Part shown: in pieces, positions 26,101-38,257 of the stretch
Layout of the letters: every line of letters begins with the position of its first letter
Numbering within the stretch: position 1 is the stretch's first letter
From: Chlorokybus atmophyticus
Lineage: Eukaryota; Plantae; Mesostigma and Chlorokybus algae
Reading direction: 5' to 3'
Length of the DNA: 64,000 bases
Assembly: GCA_009103225.1 (NCBI GenBank)
Contig: RHPI01001737.1
Span: 570,286-634,285 of the forward strand
The notes under the pieces: model-generated
What the model saw: the letters and a program-made list of their open reading frames with translations, nothing else
Told to the model about the DNA's origin: nothing
The model's database searches: none
Made by a program: the position numbers and the translations under genes

Positions 26101-29100
26101 GCCATCCACGGCCTCTCCACAATCACCACCCCTCACCTCACCTTGGCGGCCACGTGTTCGCGCATTGATAAAACAGTGCGCGTGTGGGATGTTGGGAATA
26201 CGAGGGCTTGCAGAGTGAAGAAGGTGTTGGGGGAGGAGGTCTGCAGTGTGGCGATGCACCCGAGCGGGTTGTGGGTCGCGGTGGGGTGCGTGGATAAGCT
26301 CAGGCTGTTCATGGTGATGGCGGAGGACTTGATGGGGGTCGCGGAGCTGCCAGTAGCCAACTGCAAAGAGGTGAGAGTGGGGAGTGATGATGTGACATGA
26401 GTCATGGTGTTGGTAGTAACGCTGTAACACACGCACACAGTCCATGCTTACACAACGTTGTGTAGTGCTTTCAGCTGATGACATATATGCCACGCTGCAA
26501 ACGTGTGGTGTGGCATGCTACAGATGTGCCATAGCACAGTGCTAGTACGCAAGGGCCACATGGCAGACACAACATTGTTTGGTTAGACACGTGTGTGGCG
26601 CAATCCACAGGTGAAATTCTCGCACGGCGGGGCGTACTTCGCTGCGGTGTCCAAGCAGAGCGTGTACGTGTTCGGCACGTACGGGCAGGGTCCTCCGCCA
26701 ACAGCAGCAACCACCACAACACTAAGCGGCACAGCGCCCACAACAACCGCTACCCCTGCATCGTCTACACCCGCGAGTGGCGGCAGCAACAACAACAACC
26801 CAACAACAACGGCGACAACGGGCACGACGGGGAGCGGGCTGGCAACGGTGGGCACGTGCGCTGTGGCGGTGTTGAGAGGCCACGCCAGCGCCGTGCGAGC
26901 TCTATGCTGGTGAGAAAGGGATAGGATGACGTGTGTATGTGTGCGTGCATGTGGGCGGGTGAACAGCATTGCCACGTCGTTGTAGGTCGTATGCGGATGA
27001 TCGGCTGCTGTCGGCGGGGGCAGATGGTGCAATCTACGAGTGGAATGTTGCGGCGGGTTGGCAACGCAGCGCTGCCACAGAGCATGTCGACAAGGGGTGC
27101 TTTTACTCTGCTGCCACCTACGACACAACATCAACATGTGAGCACACGCATACCCACATATAAGAGCGCGCATGGCTTGACATGGTTTTCATGCACGCCA
27201 GCTGTGACTGCTGTTGGTTTCGACGGAAGGAGGCTGCGACGCGTGCGCGGCGGCATCTGCGAGCTCGACGCACACGTCCACACTACCGCCACGCCCGCAC
27301 CCAACAACAACACCCGCGACGGCAGCGCGCACATCACAGCCATCGTCTTCGCCCCAGGGGACAAGGTACAAACGTGGACACGCACACGCACACGCACACG
27401 CACACGCACACACACACCTCTTACTTCTCCAGGTGTTGTTCGCCGCCACCAACCTCGGCTCCGTGCGCGCTTACTCCTGGCTTCCCGACTCCGCCATCCT
27501 TCTATCCGAACACTTCCTTCACCATGGCCCCGTATCCCGCATATCCACAGCAATCTCCACCTCCACCCAACTCCCTCTCCTCATCACCGCGGGCGAGGAC
27601 GGCGCCGTATTCGTGTGCGGCGTGCACCTCCCCGGCAACAACAACAACAACATCATCATTCCCGGCAATAAGGTTGGGCAGGAGGGTGGTGGAGTTGGGG
27701 GTGGGGTTGTCGTGCAGGAGGCTGTGTTGGTTGTAAGGGAGGAGTTGGAGGAGAGGCGAGCGCTGTATGAGGAGCTGGCGGGAGCGGCGAGGGAGAGTAA
27801 AGGGAGAGCGGAGTATGAGAGGATGATCGCGGAGCAGAGATGGAAAGAACAGGTAGGCAAGGCAGAGAGCTGATCAGTGTGCGTGTGTGCATGCTTGTTG
27901 GGGTGCGTGCGCGCTGGCATATGTGTGCACGCGCATGTGAGTGTGTGAGTGCACACACATGCGCACTCGCGCACTCGAGTGCATTGGGAGGACTTGTGGA
28001 TGTGTGCGTGCATGCGTGCACTACGAAGGGACAGCCATGCCATGCGAGTGAAAACTCACTCATGCATTCCCCTCTGGTGCTCACGGTTGTCGTGCACACA
28101 CGCCACACAGATGAGCAAGCTGGTTGAGGACCGCGACGCGGAGCGCCGTGATGCCGCGGAGAAGTGCCGAGCGCTGCAGCAGGCCAGAGACAAGGCGGTG
28201 TCGGACGCGCTGACGGCGGCGCACGAGGCGTCCGCCGCACATGCGAAGGCGGTCGAGGCGGCGGAGGGGCTGTCGCGGAAACGATTGGCGGCGGAAGCCG
28301 CAAGGTATGTTGTAGTACACGTGCGTACACGCACGCATGAACGCACGCATAAGATCACAAGTGGCCTTAAAGGCAACGCTGATGCATGCGCACGTGCATC
28401 AGTCGATCAGTATAGTGATGTAACGTGTGCGTGCAGACACTATATCACATTACAAGCACAGTAAGCACATATCAACTGGTAGGCCACCCAACAGTCAGGA
28501 CCCCTGGTTGGATAATCATCTCACCACCTTGCCACCTGGCGTAGTGTACTGCAGAATTGTTCTCTCTCGTTGCTGCCTTCTGATACGTTGTGTTTCCACT
28601 TCCAGGTACGAGAAGCTCCGTGCCGCCTACGACGACCTCCGTTTCGGTGCCGAGGAGGCCGCCGCTCGCGCCAAGGCTTCCGCCTCGTCCGCGGTGGCTG
28701 CTGCGCACGCGGAAGCCGAAGCCACGCGGCAAACGGACCTCGCTCGCCTTTCCGCGGCGCAGCTCTCGATGAAAGAGAAGGACCGGTCGCTGGCACGGTA
28801 CATCCAGATCGAGGAGGAGGACGTTGAGGCGGAGGTCGCGAGAGTCGAGGCCGCCGCGGCGAGGGAGGTAGCCGCGGCGATGGCGGCGCAGAAGGGACTG
28901 AAAGCGGAGACGTTCATGCTGAGATACCAGATTGAGGGGCTCAAGAAGAAGGTACATGACGTGACGTGTTCTCGCTTGCTCGTGTTTGGGTGCATGCGCA
29001 CGTGTGCAAGTGCGTGCTCGTGTGTGTCTCTGTGTGCGTGTGTGTGTTCGACCAGTTGTTGGGAGAGTTACCTGCTGCCTGTTGGGTACTAGCTCAAGGC

Positions 29101-31230
29101 GGCGGAGGACGCCGCGACCGCGACGGAGGGCGGGGCTCAAGCGCTCAGGGCTGACTTGGCAGAGATGAGGCGCGTGGCGGACCAGCGTGCTGCTGGAACC
29201 AGAGAGGGCGACCGCCTCTCCGCTCAACAAGACCACCAGATCAGTAAGCCATGCACACACGCACGCGCACTTGACACCTTCAGAGTGTCATGCACGGACG
29301 CTCATGCACACAGTAAGCTGGGGAGATGCGCGTGTACAACTGAGTTGAACCCCTGTGCTCTGTTCTCTCGCAGTGGAGCTGAGGGCGCGCACAAACGAGC
29401 TCACCAAGCTCAACTTCATCCTGCAGTCCAAAGTTGCCAAACTCAATGCCGAGGCTCAGCCCGCACGCAACCAGGTGCAACACGTTCGCACCACCATCAC
29501 TGCATGTCCTCAACCTATCACCAAAGGCCTGACACTCTTTCTTCTGCCAGATCAAAGCATTGCTTGCGGAGCGTCGCAACATCGGTGTGGAGATCGACCA
29601 GCAGGTAGGCTGATGTTGATGAAGGTTTTGTCTATGCCATTTGTGCTATGATGATCATTGTTGATTGGGTTTTACCGGCACACAGATGGATGCGTACGAG
29701 CGCCTGAGAGCGGCCGTGCGAGCCAAGGACGCAAAGTTGGCCTCCCTGGCGACAGAGATCGAGCACCTGCGAGCGCGTCTCTCCGCCAGGTACATCCGTG
29801 CGGCACGAGCACACAAGCACAGAGTACTCACCTTTTGTGGCTTGCGTCCGCAGCGAGGGCGTGGTGCAGAGCTTCCAGCACGAGCTGGCCGTGGCCGTCC
29901 ACAAGCCCAGGGATGCAATGACCAGCAATGGCGAGCACTCGGAGCAGCGCGCCGAGCAGGCCTTTGTCACATCACTCTATCGTCGGTTCTGCCTGGGGGG
30001 ACACTCCGGCCCCGCTGCTGTAAGACAGTGTTGTTGTCATCGATGGCCCTGTGTGGCGAACTGTCACGTGCATGTTATGACTTGTTGCTGTGTTCCTCTC
30101 TCTCCCAGTTGTCGCACGACCTCGTGGCTGAGCTGACTCAGGAGCGCCACCACATGGAGAACATGAACCAACTCCTGCGGGCTAAGGCTCAGCACTCTGA
30201 GATGATGATGGTGAGGCCATGGTGCTGGCGAATGACCATGATCATCGTTGCAAGTGTTGTGTTGCCGACTAACTGCTGCTTGCTTGCGGCATCAACAGGG
30301 GAGGGAAGGGCGCAAAAGCCAGGTAGACAACGCGTTTCTGCTTGGTGAGAATGCAGAGCTGCGGCGTGAGAACAAAGCGCTCGCAGAGCTGTTGGCCGCC
30401 CTGGAAGGCAGGCAGAAGGCCACTGCGGCCATGGCACAGCACCGCAACACTACGACAGAGTCTCCACCCAGATTCACAGGTAGTGTAGCAGTACATTGAG
30501 TCGTAGCGAGTACGTGTGCGTGTACCTAATAGATTGCCAACCAATGAGGATTCCTCTTCTCCTATCTGCAGGGGATGAAGAAGAGCTGCCGAGCACTGCG
30601 GAGAGGGGGCCCAAAGAGTCACCAGAAGCGCAAAAGGTGGCGGAGGGTGCTACGAAGATGGCCGTGCCGTTGTCTCCCGGGCGCTCTGGTGGTGAACAGC
30701 AGCAACAGCAGCAGCAGGCAGCGGCCATCCTCAGCGGCGCAGTGAGCTCCCCGCGCAAGGCCGGCAGCGCCCAGTTGGCAAAGGGCAGCACCGCACGCGT
30801 TGTCAGCATCGCGGTCGGCGAGGAGAGGGCCAAAACGCAGGAGCTGGCGTCACAGCTGGACGACGCGCACCGGCACATGGAGCTCCTGCGGCTGGAGGTC
30901 CAGCGCTTGCAGGCGCGGCTCAGCCAATACGAGGAGACATCTGTGTCCAGCCCCACACAGCAGCAAGCAAGCACCGCACCACAACTGTTTGAGGAAAGGG
31001 TCATCAAGCCCACAACATCGCCAGCTCCTGCACCGCAGCCAAAGCGGCCTGCATCAGCCAACGTCTTGCCTACACCTCAGCTAGGTCTGGTCCCAGCTCT
31101 CGCTCTCAAGCGACCCACCTCAGCAGCAATCACCAAAGGTGCGTCAAAAGCCCTGGCTAGGCCCCGAAGCGGCAGCACCATGATAGGTTCCAGACAATCA
31201 TCACAAGGGCACTCGCACAAAAAGCTATGA
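23103..31230 (+). CDS. CFAP57: Cilia- and flagella-associated protein 57 (WDR65; WD40 plus long coiled coil)
   Basis: INPM|FAFGCDGAVRRGAAFLDERHVLLPVGRHL, DMDFSGDGKLLVALGGAPDW, VSFNPWD, LSVSPSEEQLV, GFHSGAIHGLS...DKTVRVWD, SVAMHPSGLWVAVGCVDKLRLF, VKFSHGGAYFAA, LRGHASAVRALCW, LLSAGADGAIYEW and LITAGEDGAVF, then coiled-coil exons to KKL* (31228-31230). The frame is also open from an upstream ATG at 22803, so the start is uncertain. Confidence 0.88.
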
Positions 31231-31383
31231 GAGTTATGCACAGATACGCATCAATATTCTGTACATATTGCAAGACAAACATTAATTACAGCAAGCGGCT
31301 GTATTTACAACACCACCATCGCAGTAGTACTGTACCAAGCAGTGTGCTGCCTAAGCAACTAACAGCTAGGGTGAGTCAAGTCA

Positions 31384-32289
31384 CTAATCCTCGTCCTTGA
31401 CATTGTACTTGGCTCTCAACTTATCAATCTCCTCCTCCTTCTTCTTGGCATCCAGCTTCTTCGCCAACTTGGCTTGTTGGTAGTATAGTACAATCAAATA
31501 CCTGTCCAGCGAGAGTGAATATCAGCACTTCATGATAACTATTTTGGCACACAGCGGGTCTGCCCTGGTGCAAGCACTGTCGCGTGTTATCTACAGAACG
31601 TACCTGTTTGCAACATTGAACCCTGATAGATGGTCCACCGCATTCTTCGCGTCATAGATGTCTTCATAAACAACAAAAGCTGTTCCTCGCGTGTCTTTCG
31701 AATTCCCCAGTCTTATCTGCCTAATGGCGCCGTACTTGCCAAATATATCGTACATCTCATCGCTGGTAATGTTGAACGGCAGGTTGCGCACGTATAGACA
31801 TCTGTTTACCTAATTAACAAACATCACTGTGAGTGACGCATGCCGGACATGCTACAGGTAGAGCGCTAGTGCACTTCTGAATACAAGGACAAGCTTGCTG
31901 GTGGTTGTACACAAGCTTAGCACACAGCTTCACGCGAGTGAAAATCCTGTCTGTGAACATGTCTGCACATACATAGCAAGCAATATGGCAGTGCACAAGT
32001 GCTTCAGCGGTAATGCAAATCCAAGGTGTTGCTGCTTCTCAGGTGTTTTGTGGCAAAGCGTTGTTACACGCAATGATACCTGACGATCACATAACCAAAC
32101 TTTTACTACCCGCTGTGTGGCAAGGAGCTGGCTGAACTACTCGACGCTTTCAAACAATACACTAGCAAGCGATGTGAATCGACACAAGCGTGATGGTGCG
32201 TGCCAAAGAAACTCTTCAAGACCCTACGATGCATGCTAGGAACAGCTTACCTCAGGTGGCAAGCGCGCATTTGCTCGCCGCGCCGACAT
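31384..32289 (-). CDS. SF3B6: Splicing factor 3B subunit 6 (p14); exons 32289-32251, 31809-31604, 31501-31384 (363 nt, 120 aa plus stop)
   Basis: [13 protein letters not shown]|[68 protein letters not shown](R)|[12 protein letters not shown]...ED*. Canonical GT-AG introns in consistent phase. Confidence 0.97.
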
Positions 32290-32450
32290 GCTGGCGCCTC
32301 CGCCAAAAAAGAAAAGGTATAAAAGAAAAGGAAACCCCCAGCCCAACCAACCTCACCCTGACCACCAAACAGTCAGGACAGGTGCGCCGCTGAAAAGAAG
32401 CAGCAGTCTTCTGGCTGGCAATACCCCTTGTAGCGCCTAAGCAGGAACGA

Positions 32451-32481
<31 letters not shown>

Positions 32482-32505
32482 AACGCCAACGACAACTTCA
32501 CCAAC

Positions 32506-32520
32506 AAACCCTAACCCTAA
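32506..32520. promoter_or_regulatory. Telo-box-like motif AAACCCTAACCCTAA in the SF3B6 / rhodanese intergenic region
   Basis: Exact AAACCCTAA plus a second CCCTAA about 220 bp upstream of the SF3B6 ATG. Telo-boxes are typical of plant RNA-processing and translation gene promoters and 5'UTRs. Confidence 0.5.
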
Positions 32521-33055
32521 TTTCAGTCCTGACTCGGGACCTACACAAGCACTATGTCGGGGTGAGGCTCAAAGAAGACTTTTTTGTTGGGCTTCTCGCA
32601 GCCAAACTTTCAGTCGCTAGCAGCGACAAATGGCGCAGCCACAGAAGCCAGAAACACAGTTGGCTTCCCGATCAGCGACAGGCTGAGCGTGGCGCTCTGT
32701 GCAAGCGTTTGACACAGTCCAGCCCACTGCCACCGTGGACTTATCCACCGAGCCTGACCGAGATCGCAACTAACCGCAGCTCTTACGACATTCGGCGGGG
32801 ATGAGAGGTTGTTCGCTCACGTAGCAGCTGCTACAGAAAGGATATCACGCGTAAAATAGATTTCAAATGCTTTGTGGTTAAGTGGTTGTCTAGGTCAAAT
32901 TGCTTAGGTCTACTGTGCTGCACAGCTGGAGGCCAGGCAGGCGGCGGCGGTGGAGAGTGCGGTGCCGGTGGCGGCGGCAGTGCCTGCCTCTGTCAAAGCT
33001 CTATCTGTAAATGTCTCGTTAAGGGATTCTTCGGTGAAGGGAAAGTTTGCCTAGC

Positions 33056-36000
33056 ATGGCCGCCACTGCGGCGGTTGCGCCGTGCGGGCTGAGGCGGGCG
33101 CCGCTACTCGCTCGCTGCCACTCTCAGCAACCCACCCTGCATTCTTGCTTGGTAAGACAACTCGTCACATGCTCTGGACATCTGTGTTGACCGATCCACG
33201 TATCCTTTCATCGTTTGCACGCGTTGAGTGGCCTTTATCCCCTGCATGGCTCTTACAGGCTGTATGAAACAGCATTGCCTCCTGCCGCATGCAACCTTGT
33301 GCGATTGCATGTCCGTTACAGTGGTTGCAAAGGTTGTCCATTGTTGCCTACGTAAAAGACGTATGTAGCACGGTTGACTAGTTCTGGGATGTGCATTGCA
33401 TTCCGTGGATTGGCAGGCAGTAGCAATGTGAGGCAGCTGATACGTTCGTTTGAATCAAGAATAATATTCAATACTTTGTGCGCTTGTCGCACTGCATGAC
33501 ATTCACGTGACAGTAACTTGCTATAAGAAGTTTGTTTTTCGAAGTAGGCCTCTTCTAAACCATTGCATGTGTGTAGCGTCTGCATGACATTCACGTGACA
33601 GTAACTTGCTATAAGAAGTTTGTTTTCCGAAGTAGGCCTCTTCTAAACCATTGCATGTGTGTAGCGTCTTGTGCCTTTCGTCACACGCCTTTGGACCCCT
33701 AGTCACGATGCAGGACCAGAGCATGACCAGCATGAGTGCATGGTCAGGCAGTTGAATGGCCCAGCACGGGGTGCATAGTCTTCCATGATGAGTTATGTCC
33801 ATGGAAAGGCATGCCCCCCCACACCCACCCCTCCACCCTGCAACCAAGTGTGCATGTATGCAGATTAGCAATACCGTACACTTCGTATCAGCAAGACACG
33901 ATGTCTCGATGGGGTGGGTTCAACTATGCTGTCACGCAGGGCTTGCAGCGCTTGCCACAGAGAGTGCATAGGCGCCGCGCACAAGTCAATGCACAGTTGC
34001 AAGATGGCATTCAAAGACACGAGGATGCACAACGACAGGGACTGCTTCGCAGTGACATCAGCTTGGGAGTGGATTCGGTTGCACCAATGCTTGCAGGGCA
34101 AGGCAGGCCCATGCTGAGTCTGGCCGGCTGGTTGACGCTGCTCGCTGCTGGAGGTGTGGCAGACAGGGCTGATGCCTCGGAGGTGGCAGTGGAGGAATGG
34201 CAGGGCCTGAAGGACTCTTTGGTACAGGAGCTCGGGGTCGGGTCAGATGTTGCGACGGGTGTGGAGTCCACCACCGGCTCCGCGACCCTCTCAGAAGGCG
34301 TGCCCTCGACAGACGCCGCCGCGGAGGCGGTGAGGTCTGCTGAGAGCACAATCGCTGACTCAGTTCAACATGGCGCGAGCGCGGATGTGGATGCGGTTTC
34401 TGCGGGCTCGATGTTCTCTGAGCAGGCATCAAAACTTCAGGACTCAGCAGCCAGTGCATTGCAATCTGCAACGGATGGTATCACATCTGCAGGGTCAACT
34501 GCTGATGCTGCACCGAATTCGGCAGAGAGCGCTTCGCAGCTGTCGCGTTGGATGAGTGACATGGTGCAATCTACAAAAGACTCCGCGCTCGACGGGTCCA
34601 GTGTGGATGCTGCCTCCTCAGGCGGCCCGTCCATCTCCGAACGCGCGTCACAGTTCATGAACTCAGCAACGGATGCACTCCAGTCAGCCAGAGACTCCAT
34701 TTCAGAACAGTTCAGCAATGCACCAAAAGAGTCAGGTGCCGTTGAAGGGTCCAAAAACATTGATGCTGCCTCTTCCGCCGCCCCATCGCTATCAGAGCGT
34801 GCATCGCAGTTAGTCGAGCAGTTCAGCGATGCACCAAAAGACCTCGCTGCTGTCCAAGGGTCTGACAACATTGATGCTGCCGCCTCCTCCGCACCAACTC
34901 TATCAGAGCGTGCATCGCAGTTGTTTGAGCAGTTCAGCAGTGCACCTAGCAAATCCGCTGCTATTGAAGGGTCGGACATCATGGACGACCCTGCCTCTTC
35001 AGCCGCTCCGTCTCTATCAGAGCGCGCATCGCAGTTGCTCGATTCAGCCTCAGACGCCCTGCAATCAGCCAAAGACTCTGCATCAGAAAAGGTCAGCAAC
35101 GCTGTCCAGTCTGCCTCAGACTCAGCCTCGTCCCTCACATCTGCACCCGTTGAGGAGCCCTCCGTGTCATCTACTCTCAGCAACGCACTGGAGAACGCAG
35201 CTTCTTCAGCTGCTGACTCGGCTTCACCCATAGCGGAGTCTGCACGAACGGCGGTTGAAAGTGTCATACCCTCTTCAACACCCAACGTCTCATCTGCAAT
35301 CGAGCAGTACAGAAGCTTAACAAAATCGGTTCCTGTTGCCCCGCCCCAGCAGAGCCAAACCCCCTCCTTTGAAGCGCCCAAGTTCAACTTCAGCAACCCC
35401 TTAGAGGCTGCGCAGGAAGCCGGCAAGTCCATATCAGAGACTCTGTCGAACCTGCCCGGCAGCCTCAAGAGCGGACTCGAAGGCGTCCGCGACGGGATCA
35501 AGGGCACGCTGTCAGGAGTGAAACCGCCTTCGGTGAACGTGCCTGGAATAAATAACCTCGTGCCAAGCACGGACGGACTGACCCAGGTATCAGGCGCGCT
35601 CTTGCACACATGCCATGGCCTTTGTCTTGATCATCAGGAACTGGTATGGTTGTGGCGCTTGTCTACGGTTCCATTCATGCCCGAGTCCTTCACTAGAGTG
35701 TCTCTCAGCACGCATCTACCGTGTCTGACGTGCTTGCAATGTTGTGCTGCACGCCTTGCTGCCTGCACATATTGTAAACATGAAATATAAGCATGCTTGC
35801 TTGTGTGAAGTTGCTTTCAAAGCGCGCAAATTATATTGGCATGTTGATCATCAGCATTGAGTGACATGATCACAACTATTAAGTGTTAGTGTGCACCAGT
35901 ATCTATAATGATTGGAAAATTATTCAGCACACACGAATGACGTCGTTGCAGAAATCAACCCGTGTTTGCATTGGGTGGAATTTGCAGGGTCTGAAGTCGC

Positions 36001-38257
36001 TGTCGCCAACCGCCGCGAATGAGGCGCTGGTACAACTCAAGGGCTCGGTGCGGTCGGTAGCGGGAGAAGCCACGTCAACTGTGGGCAAGGGTGTTGGTGC
36101 TGCAGCGTCAACTGTTGGCAAGGGGGTTGGTGCTGCAGCCTCAACTGTCGGCAAGGGTGTGGGTGCTGCAGCCTCAACAGCAGCCTCTGCCGCTGGGCAA
36201 GTGCTCACGACTGCGGGTGGGGTGATTACAGAAAAGGTGAGAGGTGTTTGTCGAGAGGTGAGTGCGACCTGCCTACTAGCGCATGGTATTTACAACTGTG
36301 GGCAACACTCGCAGGCTGGGCAGTTGTCAGTGGAGCTCCACAAGCTGCCTGCTGAGTATCAGCCTGCAGTACAAGTGCTTGAGACGGGTGCCAGCTATGT
36401 TGCTTTTGGCGTGACTGTGGCCTCAAGCAAGGTGTGTAGTGTCATGTCTCAGCACAGACTGAGCCCCCCAACTTGTGCAAACAGGCTCTTCATGTACTGA
36501 TGTGCGTTCTGTTGGGTTCAGGTTAGCGAAGTAGTGGCTGCCCTTGCTGCCAACCCACAGAGCCAGATGGTCGTTACCATTGTCGGACTTGGAGCTGTCA
36601 CTGCTGTCATTGTATCAGCAGCGAAGGGCGCCCTCGGTAATTACGCGGGTGAAATGATTGCGGCGCGCAAGGCGTACGAGCTCGTCAAGGACCAGGGCGC
36701 TGTGCTCATTGATTTCAGGAGTGAGCAAGAACGATCAAGCAAGGTGAGCTTTTCTGCAGGCTTGCACGTGTGCGTGCGCGCGCACTTTCGTGCACGCGTG
36801 CATGTATGTACGTGCGGGTCTTCTTGCGGTGACGCGCCCTCGTGCATATATGCGTGTGCACAGCACGGTCGGGCACGTGCACAGCATGATATAGTGACGG
36901 CATCCTCATATTGTTGCAAACCATCCTCCCGCCGTGGTTATATCAGGGCGTTCCTGACTTCAAGCGAGGGGCGAGGAGCAGGTTGCGGTTTGTGCAGGAG
37001 GAGCCACTGGAAAGGTCACAGCGCAAGCAATTCACAGATCCTGATGATGTCGAGTTGCAGATTCTGGCAGCCAAGATCTTGGGCCAGACAGGTGTTGCTG
37101 CATACACTCCACTGGTGCTCATGGACTCTGATGGAAGGGTACGCCTATGTCTAGGGAGGCTCATCAAGTATTTGCAGCCAGTCTAGAACTACCGTGCGCT
37201 TATCACTGCATGGTATCTCTCTCAGGTCCCCATGCAAGTTGCAAAGACTTTGCTAGACGCTGGAGCACAACGCGTGTACAGAATATCCGGTGGCTTTGAA
37301 TCGGTGAGTGAGCACTGCAGCATGCCCTCATGCAAAAGAGCACTTGGCATGCTCTTATGTGGCAAAGCTACCTATGCCCATCTGAGCAAGGAACAATCTG
37401 TTGAAGTTAAAATGTCTAAGCACTGATGGGTTCCCAATGGTATCTCTCACTGCAAAAATGTGTGTCACTCACTCGTTTCGTGAAACTCGTCAGGGCTGGG
37501 TGCCAAGTGGGCTTCCCATCAGGCCAGATGAGGATTTGCCGGCACTCAAGGTTTTGACAGAGGACGCACAGGAGATTGTGCAGGAAACTGTCCAAGCCGT
37601 TAAGGAAAGCCCAGAGAAGGTGCGTTCAGCCTGTCTACGTGTTTGCCCTGGACTGGTTCTGTTAACTGTCAGGATTAATGCCTTTGTTGGTACAGGTGTT
37701 CCTCCCTCTGCTGGGTGTAACAGGCTCCGTATATACAGTCTTCAACTATGAGTATGTCCTGGAAATGATCGGCGTGTTGGCCATACTGCAGGTATTGGCT
37801 TTGTTGGTTGCTTCCTATTGACAGTCACTGCGAACATTCTTCACATCCGAACATTGACAGTCACTGCGGACATTCTTCACATCCGTCGTACAACATGCAA
37901 CGAGAATCACCTCCCATGATACTGCTTTATGCTGCATGTGAATGCTGTGAAAGGCATTAAAGCATTGTTGGTGTTGCATATGGTAATGATGCCGCTCCTT
38001 TGCAGCTGGTGTACAAGAAGGTGTCGTCATATGACAGCCTGGATGACTTCTACCGAGACATTGTGAGGTTGATACTGTCGGTGCAGTCGTTCCCGAGCCG
38101 CGTGACCAAGTCCACTTCCAAGGCGGCAAAGGCCCTGCAGGAGTACCAAAAGTTGCCTGAGCAGCTACCTGCCGGGGCGCCGACGCCACAGAAGACAGAG
38201 TTTGAGGTCGCCAGCGAGGCGCCCGCTGCGCCAAAAGCAGAGTCCAATGCTAGCTAG
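33056..38257 (+). CDS. Plastid (thylakoid) rhodanese-like membrane protein, CAS-related, similar in motif order to Arabidopsis At3g59780
   Basis: Transit-peptide-like first exon MAATAAVAPCGLRRAPLLARCHSQQ (33056-33151). Hydrophobic stretch ending in ADA (possible lumenal cleavage site), long Ser/Ala-rich region and a TM segment (MVVTIVGLGAVTAVIV). Rhodanese domain AYELVKDQGAVLIDFRSEQER|GVPDFKRGARSR...VLMDSDG...VYRISGGFE|GWVPSGLPIR, then TM FNYEYVLEMIGVLAILQ|LVYKKVSSYDSLDDFYRDI. Confidence 0.8.
33492..33667. repeat. Near-perfect 88-bp tandem duplication in intron 1 of the rhodanese gene
   Basis: CTGCATGACATTCACGTGACAG...TGTGTAGCGT starts at 33492 and 33580, with one mismatch (TTTTTCGA vs TTTTCCGA). 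Confidence 0.95.
37817..37885. repeat. 36-bp intronic tandem duplication
   Basis: ATTGACAGTCACTGCG(A/G)ACATTCTTCACATCCG occurs at 37817 and 37853. Confidence 0.9.
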
